NCBI GenBank assembly: GCA_016933575.1 | Contig: JAFGAR010000064.1 | Span: 32,001-96,000, forward strand | Direction: 5' to 3' | Source: Candidatus Thorarchaeota archaeon | Lineage (GTDB): Archaea > Asgardarchaeota > Thorarchaeia > Thorarchaeales > Thorarchaeaceae | DNA length: 64,000 nucleotides | Shown: positions 21,227 to 31,859 of the stretch, piece after piece | Position numbering within the stretch: the stretch's first letter is position 1 | Layout: each line of letters starts with the position of its first letter | Position numbers and translations under genes: made by a program | The notes under the pieces: generated by a model | The model's input: the letters and a program-made list of their open reading frames with translations, nothing else | What the model was told of the DNA's origin: nothing | Database searches by the model: none

Positions 21227-22642
21227 TTGATCTTTTTGAACGATGACACTGACATCTCATCTCTACGTGATGTACCGAATTCAAAGGATAAAGAACCGGA
21301 ACTGACTTGGAGAATGTCTGTTAGGTATCTCATGTCTAATAAGAATTTCAAAGTCTTTGTCATCACGAATTGGATTATGGGAAGCCTAAACGTTGTCTGG
21401 GGAGTTCTGAATCTCTACTTGCGAGACCTTGGCATAGAATATGTTTCACTAGGTATTCTATTCTCAGTGATGACAATTGTCACATTGTTTGGTACACTTG
21501 TCGCGAGTTATCTGGCTGATAATTATAATCGCCGGAATCTCGCAATCATTACGATGCTAATCAATGGCCTTGCTTTTCTAATCCTCTCAATGGCAAGCTC
21601 GATTGAAATAGTGGCGCTTGGTCTGATAACTCTTGCAACATCAAATTTCACAGGCCAAGGAGGCACCGCTTACATCTTCCAGGTCACTGATCGTCGATAT
21701 GGCGGTGTCGCAGTAAGTCTCTTTACCATGGGAACTCTCTTTGCCTTGGGTCCTCTCTTTGCTATGGCTATTATGTTCAATATGGGCTGGGGTTTTATCG
21801 CTATCATGCGTACAATTTTCCTCGTCGGAGCAATCCTATTTGCAGTAACTGCCATTATTAGAATTATCTGGCTTGACTCAACGCCTATTCCAAATAGGGA
21901 AAGACATCAGTCAATACTCAAAGACTTCATCTCTGAGAGTTTTCGCGGTCTTCGTTTGTTAGTAAGAGTGTTTCCAATCTTTGTCGCAGTGATGATGATT
22001 GATGCTATGAGTGATAATATGTATGGATTCTCAAATCTCTTCTATGTAAACGAGACCTTGAACTTCAACATTGGTCAGATATTTTTGATGTTACTCATCA
22101 CCCTTGCATTGTCTGTGCCACTCACGCTCTTTCTCGGTCGCTGGTTTGACAAACATGGCGGTAAGAGGATTACAATTGCAGTCTACTCAGTAATGCCATT
22201 AGCCCTAACATTATTGATAGTTGCAAAGTACGTGAAATATATAGTTCCTGAGGAGTGGGTTGCTTTACTTGATGGTCTGTACCCTGGACTTGGAGTAATA
22301 TTTTCACTTGCATTTATTGCAACAGCAATGAAGACGACTAATGACAATCTCTGGGGAACTGTGATGAATGCGTACATTCAGAAGTCTCTTCCACGTGAAG
22401 ATTTGGGTAAAATGCTGGGTCTCTCAGCATTATTGGTCCTTCTTATAGGAACCGTTGCTCCAATCTTCTCGGGATATATCTACAGTCTCTTTGAAGGAGT
22501 CCCTCTTATTGTCGGCGCAATCATACTCAATATTGTCATTCTGATAATTCTGATCACTAAAAACATAGAACCTCGGGTTGATATTGAGAAGCTGGAAGCT
22601 GAGCTAAGAGGAGAGTCTATTGTACGATCTGACATGTCATGA
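21227..22642 (+). CDS. MFS transporter
   Basis: About 12 TM; motif-A-like loops SYLADNYNRR and GRWFDKHGGK. Confidence 0.88.
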   Translation: MIFLNDDTDISSLRDVPNSKDKEPELTWRMSVRYLMSNKNFKVFVITNWIMGSLNVVWGVLNLYLRDLGIEYVSLGILFSVMTIVTLFGTLVASYLADNYNRRNLAIITMLINGLAFLILSMASSIEIVALGLITLATSNFTGQGGTAYIFQVTDRRYGGVAVSLFTMGTLFALGPLFAMAIMFNMGWGFIAIMRTIFLVGAILFAVTAIIRIIWLDSTPIPNRERHQSILKDFISESFRGLRLLVRVFPIFVAVMMIDAMSDNMYGFSNLFYVNETLNFNIGQIFLMLLITLALSVPLTLFLGRWFDKHGGKRITIAVYSVMPLALTLLIVAKYVKYIVPEEWVALLDGLYPGLGVIFSLAFIATAMKTTNDNLWGTVMNAYIQKSLPREDLGKMLGLSALLVLLIGTVAPIFSGYIYSLFEGVPLIVGAIILNIVILIILITKNIEPRVDIEKLEAELRGESIVRSDMS

Positions 22643-22690
22643 TTCATGAAAATTATCCTCCATATAGCAGAACAGGTGAGATTGGAAAAT

Positions 22691-23644
22691 TCACTTGAAA
22701 TTAATCGAATGTACAATCATGCGAGAATTGACATTGAAACCGATTTTTTTGTACAGATTGTATGCAGTCGTGTTTTTTGCATCAACACCAATACTGACCA
22801 TTTTGCACCCCCCTGCTATCATTTCTTTGATAGTTTTAAGAAGCATATTCTTTGCAATTCCCTTCCTTCTATACTCATCAAGAATTCCAAACAAGTGAAT
22901 ATGCTCTTCTTCGTTTCGGGAGTGAACAATCACAAATCCAAAGATTCTTTCACCATCCTTCCAAACGAATGAAAGATACTTGTTGAATAGATCACTATGA
23001 ATAGCTTGTTCAAATTTTTCCCTCTTCTGACTTTCAGAGCTATTAAGGAATTCTGTATCTTGACTCTTTGAGAATGTATCATGATAGCATTTGTAAAGGT
23101 CCTCTTCGTCCGCATACTGCAACCAGACCAACCAATAGCCAAGCTTGTCAGTCCGTGGAACCTTGAAATGTTCCAACTGAAGGGTCAGATAGACGTCATC
23201 TTCAGATTTTCCAATACCCTTACCATTGAACCACTTTGCACACCTTTGATAATCTTCGTGATTGTTATCATTGATTTCACTAAATTTTGCATCAATCCGA
23301 GTTATCTCATTGGACTTGGCATAATCCAGTATCCCTTCTAGAAGAAGGTTAGCAATTTCATCTTCATCATCGGTTTGTTCAATAATAGGCTGCCATCGAC
23401 CCAATTCAACAATAGACTTTGTATCTCTATTCAATGACGCCCAACCACACAGAGTTCCTTTTCTTCTCACCATCAAAATTTTCTCAGCAGGAAATCTATC
23501 CTGAATGTTGGTCAAGTATCTTCTAATTCCATCAGCATCTTCCGTATTCCTATAAACTCCAATTCTATTGTTAAAAACAAAATTGGATACTTCATCTATA
23601 ATTGATTCGTTCCAACCCTCAGTAATTAGCTCGAGCTCCGTCAT
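22691..23644 (-). CDS. Tandem GNAT N-acetyltransferase
   Basis: C-terminal YRRKGIAK acetyl-CoA motif and NTTAYNLYKKIGF; degenerate N-terminal GNAT domain. Confidence 0.85.
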   Translation of the reverse strand: MTELELITEGWNESIIDEVSNFVFNNRIGVYRNTEDADGIRRYLTNIQDRFPAEKILMVRRKGTLCGWASLNRDTKSIVELGRWQPIIEQTDDEDEIANLLLEGILDYAKSNEITRIDAKFSEINDNNHEDYQRCAKWFNGKGIGKSEDDVYLTLQLEHFKVPRTDKLGYWLVWLQYADEEDLYKCYHDTFSKSQDTEFLNSSESQKREKFEQAIHSDLFNKYLSFVWKDGERIFGFVIVHSRNEEEHIHLFGILDEYRRKGIAKNMLLKTIKEMIAGGCKMVSIGVDAKNTTAYNLYKKIGFNVNSRMIVHSINFK

Positions 23645-23722
23645 TATTACAGAATGAATGAATAGCTAGTTATGATTCTTTCTACCAATTTCTGGTGTGC
23701 GAAAACCAAAAAAAAATTGACA

Positions 23723-26323
23723 TTACTCAGTTCTTCTTTTGGCCTCTTCCTGCATTTCTTTTAGTTTCACTAGTGCATCTACAGGAGTTGTTCTATCCAA
23801 ATCCAAGTTCCTGATTTCATCAATAAGTGGATCCTCAATCACAAGGGATTCCAAACTTGCTTGTTCTGTTGACTTGAAATCGATTGCACTATCACCAACA
23901 GTAACACGATTCTCCTTCTCAATCCTCAGGAGGATTTGGTTCGCTCGTTTCACAACTTCATCCGGAACTCCTGCTAAAGCAGCTACATGTATCCCGTAGC
24001 TCTTATCAGTTCCTCCATCGACAACCTTGTGAAGAAATACAATCGTATTGCCTGATTCTTTAGCAAGTGTGTGCACGTTCTTTACTCCATGATATTGTAA
24101 CGCCATATCAGTAAGTTGATGAAAATGCGTTGCAAAGAGCGTGCGTGTCTTCATCTGAACAATTCTCTCAGCAACCGCCCATGCAAGAGCCATCCCATCA
24201 AAGGTTGAGGTTCCTCTTCCTATCTCGTCAAGGATAACAAGACTACGATCTGTTGCATTATTCAGAATATTAGCAGTTTCAATCATTTCGATCATAAAGG
24301 TGCTTTGTTGTGCTGTAAGGTCATCAAATGCACCAACTCGTGTGAAGATCCTATCAACAAGACCAATCTCTGCACTCTTTGCAGGAATAAAAGATCCCAT
24401 TTGTGCAAGCAGTACAATGATGGCACATTGACGCATCCATGTCGATTTTCCAGCCATGTTCGGTCCAGTTACGATGATGAGTGTTGACCCACCATCTCCA
24501 ATCTCTACACTATTTGGCACAAACTCATTTGGCCCAAGTATCATCTCTAATGCTGCATGTCTTCCATCTACAATCTTGATTCTTGTTTTTTCTGTGATAG
24601 TTGGTCTACAATATCTCCGTGTGACTGCGATATCTGCTAGTGATGTGAGTACATCAGCAAGTGCAATAGCAGACGAGTTTTGTCGAAGCTTTGTTGATAC
24701 TCCTCGTACCTGTTCTCGAAGTTCCTCGTATATCTCAAATTCAAGTTTGTTTATTCTCTCCTCTCCTGCTAAGACTGCGGATTCCTTCTCCTTTAGATCC
24801 GGTGTGATGAATCTCTCAGCATTTGCTAGTGTCTGCTTTCTCTCATATTCTGATGGAGCCATATTCAGATTTGATTTAGTAATCTCAATATAATACCCAA
24901 AGACCTTGTTGAATCCGACTTTGAGAGATTTGATACCCGTTCTTCTTCTCTCTGTTTCTTGAAGGGCTGCAATCCATTTCTTATCAGAGGATATAGTGCC
25001 TTTGAGATTGTCCAAGTCTGAACTGAATCCCTTCTTGATCATCCCACCCTCTTTCACAGAAACTGGTGGGTCATCGACAATGGCAGCTTTCAAAGTATCA
25101 TGAAGCGCTTTCAGAGTATCTATTGACCCTGCAGCCTCGTGTAACAACTTACTTGAACAGGAAGATAGTGCTTTCTTAGTAGCAGGCAAGTTTGCGAGAG
25201 AGTTCCTCAATGCAAGGAGGTCTCGTGCTCCGGATGTACCAAACACAATCCTGCTTGTAATCCTCTCGAGGTCTCCGAGATTTCGTAAGCTATTTGAAAT
25301 ACTCTGCCGGTTCATTGCATTTCTTGCAAGTTCTTCAACTGCGTCTAATCTTTGTTCTATCGCATCCCTATTCCGTAGTGGTTGTTGTATCCACTGCTTT
25401 AGTTTTCTCTTTCCCATTGGAGTGACAGTCTTTGATAGAACACTGAATAAAGTCCCTCGTGGAGAACCATCTCTCGCGTTCTTTATGAGCTCAAGATTTC
25501 TCTGAGTCTGTGTATCAATGACCATGTGAGCATCAATAGAGTATGTTCTAAGCCCAGCGAGCGACACATTACTACTCCGATGGACTTCTTTGAGATATAC
25601 AAGAACAGCTCCCACAGCTCCTAAAGCTACTGCCTTTCCAGCAATACCATATCCCTCAATTGTAGCTACATTGAATTGTTCTTTTAACAGACTCTCTGCA
25701 TTTGATTTCGAGAAATCTAAATCATTTCGAAGTGTGACATGAATCCCAAGTTCCGAGAGTCTGGTTCTGACGTCTGATTTTGATTGAGAATTGGGGAGGA
25801 GTACCTCGGATGGAGAAATTCTCCCAATCTCGTTCATTACAGTTTCACTATCAAGAGTACCCCCAATCTGAGTAGCTGAAAAATCACCTGTAGAAATGTC
25901 AATTGCTGCAAGTCCCACCTCTTCATTATCTTCAAGTACAGCCAGTAGATAGTTGTTTGTGGAGTCCTCAAGCATTGAACTCTCAAGAACAGTCCCAGGT
26001 GTTATGATTCTTACAATATCTCGTTTAACAAGTCCTCTGGCTTGTGATGCATCCTCCATCTGCTCTGCGATTGCTACAGTGAATCCCTGTTGCAGTAGTT
26101 TTGCAATATAGCCATCAACAGCATGATATGGAACTCCGCAGAGCGGCCATCGATCCACTCCCTCACCTCGAGCAGTCAGTACAATATCAAGTGCTTTGCT
26201 CGCAACCTCTGCGTCTTCATTAAACATCTCATAGAAATCACCAAGCCTGAACATCAAGATGCAATCGGGATACTGTCTCTTCAACTGAAGATACTGCCGT
26301 TGCATCGGTGTTTGCTTGGTCAA
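23723..26323 (-). CDS. mutS: DNA mismatch repair protein MutS (MutS1)
   Basis: TPMQRQY, FRLGDFYEMF (mismatch-binding Phe-x-Glu), TGPNMAGKST, STFMIEM, DEIGRGTST, FATHF and SYGIHVA. Confidence 0.98.
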   Translation of the reverse strand: MTKQTPMQRQYLQLKRQYPDCILMFRLGDFYEMFNEDAEVASKALDIVLTARGEGVDRWPLCGVPYHAVDGYIAKLLQQGFTVAIAEQMEDASQARGLVKRDIVRIITPGTVLESSMLEDSTNNYLLAVLEDNEEVGLAAIDISTGDFSATQIGGTLDSETVMNEIGRISPSEVLLPNSQSKSDVRTRLSELGIHVTLRNDLDFSKSNAESLLKEQFNVATIEGYGIAGKAVALGAVGAVLVYLKEVHRSSNVSLAGLRTYSIDAHMVIDTQTQRNLELIKNARDGSPRGTLFSVLSKTVTPMGKRKLKQWIQQPLRNRDAIEQRLDAVEELARNAMNRQSISNSLRNLGDLERITSRIVFGTSGARDLLALRNSLANLPATKKALSSCSSKLLHEAAGSIDTLKALHDTLKAAIVDDPPVSVKEGGMIKKGFSSDLDNLKGTISSDKKWIAALQETERRRTGIKSLKVGFNKVFGYYIEITKSNLNMAPSEYERKQTLANAERFITPDLKEKESAVLAGEERINKLEFEIYEELREQVRGVSTKLRQNSSAIALADVLTSLADIAVTRRYCRPTITEKTRIKIVDGRHAALEMILGPNEFVPNSVEIGDGGSTLIIVTGPNMAGKSTWMRQCAIIVLLAQMGSFIPAKSAEIGLVDRIFTRVGAFDDLTAQQSTFMIEMIETANILNNATDRSLVILDEIGRGTSTFDGMALAWAVAERIVQMKTRTLFATHFHQLTDMALQYHGVKNVHTLAKESGNTIVFLHKVVDGGTDKSYGIHVAALAGVPDEVVKRANQILLRIEKENRVTVGDSAIDFKSTEQASLESLVIEDPLIDEIRNLDLDRTTPVDALVKLKEMQEEAKRRTE

Positions 26324-26472
26324 TGTGTCTCCCTACGTACTCTTCGTTTAGCTGACTCTCATATAATAGCATCGCCATTTGGAAAAGATACAATCCTGAA
26401 TTTCCTATTGTAATTCAAGAGAATTCTATGCACACAACATAGTTTATGAATCCTGGCGAACTCTGAAAAAGT

Positions 26473-27348
26473 GTGGTTGATGGGATGATAAGAAGAAAGA
26501 TCTCTAGTTTTCCAATTATACTGATTCTCTTCTCATTGACATTCATTTCAGTCTCAATACCCTCATGTAGTGCTAACTATGCAAACTGGGGTATCATGGT
26601 CAATGGGACGTCATTCAATAATGGGTCTCATATTAGTATGCCATTTGCAGATGTTCAAATCAATATAACGAGAACCGCATCAGTAGTCTATACTGCTTTG
26701 ACTTCCGAATTTCATATAACGACCAACACAACTCAAAATGCAACCCTTGCTTTTGTCTATCCTTCACCTATTCCGGATCGACTGCTCTATGAGGAAAACT
26801 CGAGTATGCAAATTTACGGCAATGGTTCACTATATAATTACACAGTATACGAATACGATGATTTTGCGGATGATGGATTCTCTGATAATTTTATGATTGA
26901 TTATCCCTTTGTACAACCTTGGACAAGTTTTGCTGTCTTTGATATTGAGTTGACAGCCAATACAACAATGATTCTCTCAACTATATCGAATACTGATTAT
27001 CTGGCAAATATGGACAAATTTGAGTATCATTACATTGTTGGAAGTGCAAGAACCTTTGAAGGTCATACAATCGAGCATATTCACTTCCATGTAGTCGAAC
27101 AAGTACCATTCTCAAGCTCTCACTTCTATCCCAACGAATCACTTTCAATTGTCAAGGATGGTATTGTGTCTGATGCACTATGGGACCTCAACATTACCGA
27201 ATTCTCGTTTGATATTGTAGGATTTGATGCTGAATACCAAGATCAGTTACTAATTTTCATACAGACGATTTCAGTATCTGGTTTTGTTATTTTCATTATC
27301 TTCATCATCTATCAGTTTGGTTACAAGAAATCGAAAAGTACTGGTTGA
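26473..27348 (+). CDS. Secreted membrane-anchored hypothetical protein (paralog of 20279..21163)
   Basis: Signal peptide, ectodomain, C-terminal TM + KKSK tail. Confidence 0.75.
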   Translation: MVDGMIRRKISSFPIILILFSLTFISVSIPSCSANYANWGIMVNGTSFNNGSHISMPFADVQINITRTASVVYTALTSEFHITTNTTQNATLAFVYPSPIPDRLLYEENSSMQIYGNGSLYNYTVYEYDDFADDGFSDNFMIDYPFVQPWTSFAVFDIELTANTTMILSTISNTDYLANMDKFEYHYIVGSARTFEGHTIEHIHFHVVEQVPFSSSHFYPNESLSIVKDGIVSDALWDLNITEFSFDIVGFDAEYQDQLLIFIQTISVSGFVIFIIFIIYQFGYKKSKSTG

Positions 27349-27398
27349 GGAAAAGAAGGCTTTAAACATAAGAATAAGGACTTGTTTAATGAAGAATC

Positions 27399-28601
27399 AT
27401 GGATAGTAGCTTCTTTGATGTTGCAGTAGTTGGCGCTGGACCAGCTGGTTCTTCTGCTGCGGCAATTCTATCTAGAAAAGGTTTCAAGGTTGCATTGTTT
27501 GATAGACGAGCAAAGATAGGCGTACCAGTACAATGCGGTGAACTTCTCCCGACTCCATCTGAGATTAGGGACATTTTTCCTCGATCCAAATATATACCGA
27601 AACTAGTAGATGTACGGTCTGAATTCGTGACAAACAGAACTTCTCAAATTATGCTAATTTCGCCTGATGGACATGGCGTTGAATTCGATTTCAAAACCAA
27701 CATTATCGACCGTGCAAAGTACGATTCATATCTTGTTGAGCAGGCTTGCAATGCGAGTTGCGAGTTACATCTCTCATCCCTAGTAACCGGTCGTTCTTCA
27801 GCGAATAGACTCTCAGTCAAGACACAATCTGGGAGTAAAGAGATGCAGTCGACAATAGTTGTAGGTGCAGATGGACCCAACTCTCTCATTTCAAAGACCA
27901 TTGACAACAATTATGCTGATATCGACAGAGACCTGAGCCTATCACTAAATTATGTCATGAGAGGCGTAGACTGCGATGAAGAAAAGGTTCTGATGTTCTT
28001 TGGCAGAAATATCGCTCCGGGTGGATACTTCTGGATTATCCCAAAGGGTGATTCGCTAGCAAATGTAGGATTCGGTCTTAGGAGGTCTCTCTCAGCTCCC
28101 CATGTATCTCTAACAAGTCACATGAAGCATTTCATTACCAAGAATGCAATTGCCGCTCCAATGTTAAGAAATGCTAAGATTCAATCAAGAGTGGGAGCAT
28201 TGATTCCAGTAGCAGGTTCCGTTGATCGTTCATATTCTGATAGTGTAGTACTCGTTGGAGATGCAGCAGGTCATGTGATGCCATCAAATGGTGGAGGCAT
28301 TCCACAAGCACTTGGCGATGGATATATTGCTGGTCACGTGATCTCATCACACTTTGAGAAAGGAACAGAGCTTAGCTTCTATGAGAAGATATGGCGAAAT
28401 GAGTTTGGAAGACAGCTTGATGTAGCTCTTTCGGTCCTCAGGATTGCTGATAGTGTAATGGTATCTGACCCATTGACAAATGTCTGTATGAGACTCGCAG
28501 GAAGACAATTCTTAGAACCTCTCATCCGTTGCAGACTTCCTATTCCCGTGGAGTTTATTTCCAAGACTTTTGTGCGAGCCTTCAATGCATTGATGAATTG
28601 A
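27399..28601 (+). CDS. Geranylgeranyl reductase family flavoprotein
   Basis: DVAVVGAGPAGS, QCGE, IDRAKYD, GADG, PGGYFWIIP and VGDAAG..P..GGGI motifs. Confidence 0.9.
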   Translation: MDSSFFDVAVVGAGPAGSSAAAILSRKGFKVALFDRRAKIGVPVQCGELLPTPSEIRDIFPRSKYIPKLVDVRSEFVTNRTSQIMLISPDGHGVEFDFKTNIIDRAKYDSYLVEQACNASCELHLSSLVTGRSSANRLSVKTQSGSKEMQSTIVVGADGPNSLISKTIDNNYADIDRDLSLSLNYVMRGVDCDEEKVLMFFGRNIAPGGYFWIIPKGDSLANVGFGLRRSLSAPHVSLTSHMKHFITKNAIAAPMLRNAKIQSRVGALIPVAGSVDRSYSDSVVLVGDAAGHVMPSNGGGIPQALGDGYIAGHVISSHFEKGTELSFYEKIWRNEFGRQLDVALSVLRIADSVMVSDPLTNVCMRLAGRQFLEPLIRCRLPIPVEFISKTFVRAFNALMN

Positions 28602-28641
28602 TGCTATTCACATATCGCTTAAATGCTACCTTTCAAGTTCG

Positions 28642-29256
28642 ATGTGCATGAATGATATTGATCCTTCATACTACAAAGGTATGGAGCTTATATTTCAAGG
28701 TCGATTTGAAGAGGCTGAGCCCCTTCTGCTTGAGGCTTTGAAGACTGATCAAGACAATGCAGAGCTACTTTGTGATCTTGGACTTATTTATGAGAATCTT
28801 TCAAGATGGGATGCGGCTGAAACGACCTTCAGAACAGCTACAGAGAAGGCACCCGATAGCCTACAGGCTTGGATTAAATATGGCCGAGTGTTAGATAGAC
28901 AGAAGAAACATAATGACGCAGAGGCTGCATACAAAAAAGCATTAGACCTTGACCCTGAAAATTCCTTTGTTTGGCTCGATCTTGGATATTGCTTCTATAA
29001 ACAGAAGATGTTTCCTGAGGCAGAACAGGCTTACATGAAGGCTCAGCGTCTTTATCCTGAAGATATTAACACCTATTTTCTACTGGCTCAGACTCAATTT
29101 GAACAAGAGCATTATGATGAAGCTGAGAAAAATATCCGGAAAGTAGTGAGTGAAGAACCAGACTTCAAAGAAGGTTGGTGTCTTCTTGGGGATATTCTTG
29201 AGAAGCTTGGACGCATTGATGAGTCAAAAGATGCGAGATCCAAAGGCGCTGATTAA
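28642..29256 (+). CDS. Tetratricopeptide repeat protein
   Basis: Roughly 34-aa periodic helical repeats (LG..Y, A...Y.KAL.LDP). Confidence 0.9.
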   Translation: MCMNDIDPSYYKGMELIFQGRFEEAEPLLLEALKTDQDNAELLCDLGLIYENLSRWDAAETTFRTATEKAPDSLQAWIKYGRVLDRQKKHNDAEAAYKKALDLDPENSFVWLDLGYCFYKQKMFPEAEQAYMKAQRLYPEDINTYFLLAQTQFEQEHYDEAEKNIRKVVSEEPDFKEGWCLLGDILEKLGRIDESKDARSKGAD

Positions 29257-29270
29257 CAACAGACCTTAGC

Positions 29271-30326
29271 CTAGAAGTCTCTATCACACGCATGGTCAGC
29301 TAGTGCGCAGAGAAGATCTTCATTCAGAAAACCTTTGTTCCTAATAGTTTCTTTTGCCTTGGCCGCATATTCATATGCGAGAGAATCAGCATGTTCTATG
29401 GAGTCCGATCTTTTAATCAAATCTAATGCGAAATCAATCTCGCCATTTTTAAGTAGTTCAATGGAGTGTTTTGCTTCCTCTTCTGAACTTGACTCTAGAG
29501 CATGTACAAGTACGTAGTTTGTCTTGTTACCCTTGAGATCTGAGAGAACTGACTTTCCTACTGAGTTTTCACTAGCGACTACATCTAAGATATCATCCTT
29601 GATCTGAAATGCATATCCCATTTGCTCACCAAATATCTCAAGAATGCTACTCTGCTCTTCTGAGGCTTTTCCAATCATTGCACCAACTTTCGCAGCTGCT
29701 CTCATAAAAGAAACCGTTTTTCTACGAACTACATCGAAATAGCTCTTAGTAGTGAATTGGTTAGAGGTTATAAGATACATTAGAATATCTGAAGCCTCTC
29801 CCTCACACATTTGAATCCCTGCTGCTGCTACGATATTCATTAATTCCAATGATGCATGATCGCTTACAAGTTTCATGGCTCTAGCTATCAGCAGGTCTCC
29901 AGCAATGATTGCCATTCTACTTCCAAATTTGCGGTGAGTACTTTCTACTCCTCTACGTATTGCATCATCATCTATGACATCATCATGAATAAGACTCGCA
30001 GTCTGAACAAACTCAGTGGCAACAGCAAACGGCAGAGCTTCATTAAAACTACCCCCCACTGCTTCACAACTTAGTGTCGTGAGAAGAGACCTAACATGTT
30101 TTCCTCCTGCTTGAAGAAGATGCTGTGCAGTATCATATAGTATCTCTGGCTCTCCTCGCTCTGACTTGAAAACTCTGATAATCTCTTCATCAATGATTGC
30201 AAGTCGCTTGTGTAACTCCTTACTGGCACGGAGATCAATCTTTTGTCTTCGGAGTTGCCTTGATGAATTTTCATTATCATCTAAAGCAGTTTCCAAGATG
30301 TCAATATCTTTGCGAGGGTCAGGCAT
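29271..30326 (-). CDS. Trans-polyprenyl diphosphate synthase (possibly medium/long-chain type)
   Basis: GGK, first Asp-rich motif SLIHDDVIDDDAIRRG, KT, second motif FQIKDDILD, and GK...SD..GNK. Confidence 0.92.
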   Translation of the reverse strand: MPDPRKDIDILETALDDNENSSRQLRRQKIDLRASKELHKRLAIIDEEIIRVFKSERGEPEILYDTAQHLLQAGGKHVRSLLTTLSCEAVGGSFNEALPFAVATEFVQTASLIHDDVIDDDAIRRGVESTHRKFGSRMAIIAGDLLIARAMKLVSDHASLELMNIVAAAGIQMCEGEASDILMYLITSNQFTTKSYFDVVRRKTVSFMRAAAKVGAMIGKASEEQSSILEIFGEQMGYAFQIKDDILDVVASENSVGKSVLSDLKGNKTNYVLVHALESSSEEEAKHSIELLKNGEIDFALDLIKRSDSIEHADSLAYEYAAKAKETIRNKGFLNEDLLCALADHACDRDF

Positions 30327-30435
30327 CTATAGAATCACCAAATCGCGCTTCAGATGAATTACATTTTCCTGCTGAAATATACCTTAAAGCAATTACTTTC
30401 TGACAAATGGCGTCGTACCCCAATGACGAGGAGTC

Positions 30436-31659
30436 CTATTCGTAAATCTCCTCAAGTCCATCCCAAGTTAATCCCATTGCTTCTGCAACAAGGACCGCTA
30501 GGTCTTTGACAGTCTTGTTGCATCCCGCCTGTGGTAATTGATCTTTCATGTATTCCACACACGAAGGACATCCAGAAGCAACAACATCCGCTTGGGTCCT
30601 CTCTATATCCTGCGCTTTCAACTTCCCAATATCTGCGGCAAATTCGTGATCAAAAGCCCGAAGGACACCACCACTTCCACAGCAATAACAATTATCCTTG
30701 TTATGCGGCAGTTCTTCGAACTCAACGCCGGGTAGAGCGGCAATGATATCTCGTGGTTCATCATAGAAACCTGAGTTACGTCCAGCATCACATCCATCAT
30801 GATAAGTGAGTTTGATATTGAGGGGCTTTGTAAATTTGATCTTGTCCTGATCTATGAGTTCCTTTATGTACGAATATCCATAGACAACTTCGAAACCATG
30901 ATCAATATTCAGGAACTCTTTGTATTCATGAGCCCACATTTTGAAACAGCCCGGGCAATTTGTGATTATTCTCTTCACCCCAAGTTCCTTATATCTCTCG
31001 ATGTTATGTTCTGCTAGTGTACGTGCGCCTTCAAAATCGCCAGTCATAATCAACGGTGCTCCACAGCAATATTCCTCCTCGCCAAGGACTGTGTAATCCT
31101 CACCTATATTATCCATTATAAGCGTCGTTGCGATTGTTGCCTGAATTGACACACCTCTGTAAGATGATGAACATCCAAAGAAGAATGCAGTCTCTGCTGA
31201 TTTTCCTTGTCTATTGAGAAGGTCATCTTCATTCGGTGTCCAATAGGACCACCCTTCAATCCTATCCATCTGCGACTGACCCTGTATATTGCAGGTCTTG
31301 AGGAGGGTCTCTTTTGCAGTGTTCATTGACTCAGGCCACATACCACGTTTCATGAATTCTCCTCGAAGGACCTGGTAAATCTTGACGAAGGGTATGTCAG
31401 TCTGACAGATTTCCTCACAACCTCCGCAGAGCGTACAACCGAATATTGCATCCTTTAAGCCTTCTAATCCATCTGTTGGACTTATTCTCCCTTGTATCAG
31501 CCCTCGAGCAAGAAGCATCTTGCCTCTCCCAGAATAGCTATCTACACGCTTTACTTTGTATGTCGGACAGGCTCCATGTCCAATCTGGCAATAGCTACAT
31601 TGGGCACATATGTATGGAAATTCTTCGAGCCCATATTTCCGTAATGCTGGGAAGTCCAT
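30436..31659 (-). CDS. HdrD/GlpC/GlcF-like Fe-S oxidoreductase (2x[4Fe-4S] + two CCG domains)
   Basis: CAQCSYC..CP and CTLCGGCEEIC ferredoxin motifs; CCG domains FFGC..YCCG..NCPGC and YHDGC..CCG..GCPSC. Confidence 0.9.
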   Translation of the reverse strand: MDFPALRKYGLEEFPYICAQCSYCQIGHGACPTYKVKRVDSYSGRGKMLLARGLIQGRISPTDGLEGLKDAIFGCTLCGGCEEICQTDIPFVKIYQVLRGEFMKRGMWPESMNTAKETLLKTCNIQGQSQMDRIEGWSYWTPNEDDLLNRQGKSAETAFFFGCSSSYRGVSIQATIATTLIMDNIGEDYTVLGEEEYCCGAPLIMTGDFEGARTLAEHNIERYKELGVKRIITNCPGCFKMWAHEYKEFLNIDHGFEVVYGYSYIKELIDQDKIKFTKPLNIKLTYHDGCDAGRNSGFYDEPRDIIAALPGVEFEELPHNKDNCYCCGSGGVLRAFDHEFAADIGKLKAQDIERTQADVVASGCPSCVEYMKDQLPQAGCNKTVKDLAVLVAEAMGLTWDGLEEIYE

Positions 31660-31721
31660 TATATGTCACTCCGGAGATTGGATTTGAACGACTTTGCGTG
31701 CTGTCCAATTAGGGTCTGCGT

Positions 31722-31808
31722 TGCCTAGCCGCCTTAAAACCTTTCTACACGGTATTGAAATAATATCGCACAACGGTGTGCCTCGCTATGTTTTTATGCA
31801 ACTAGGCA
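31722..31808. promoter_or_regulatory. Mirror-image divergent promoter pair
   Basis: Minus-strand GTTTTAAGGCGGCTAGGCA (31740-31722) vs plus-strand GTTTTTATGCAACTAGGCA (31790-31808): 15/19 identical. Central palindrome GCACA-acgg-TGTGC (31768-31781). Confidence 0.55.
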
Positions 31809-31859
31809 TTCCCGGCTCTCTAAAACCCTCCTTAGGTTCAAAGCCTGGAGAGACAATTC

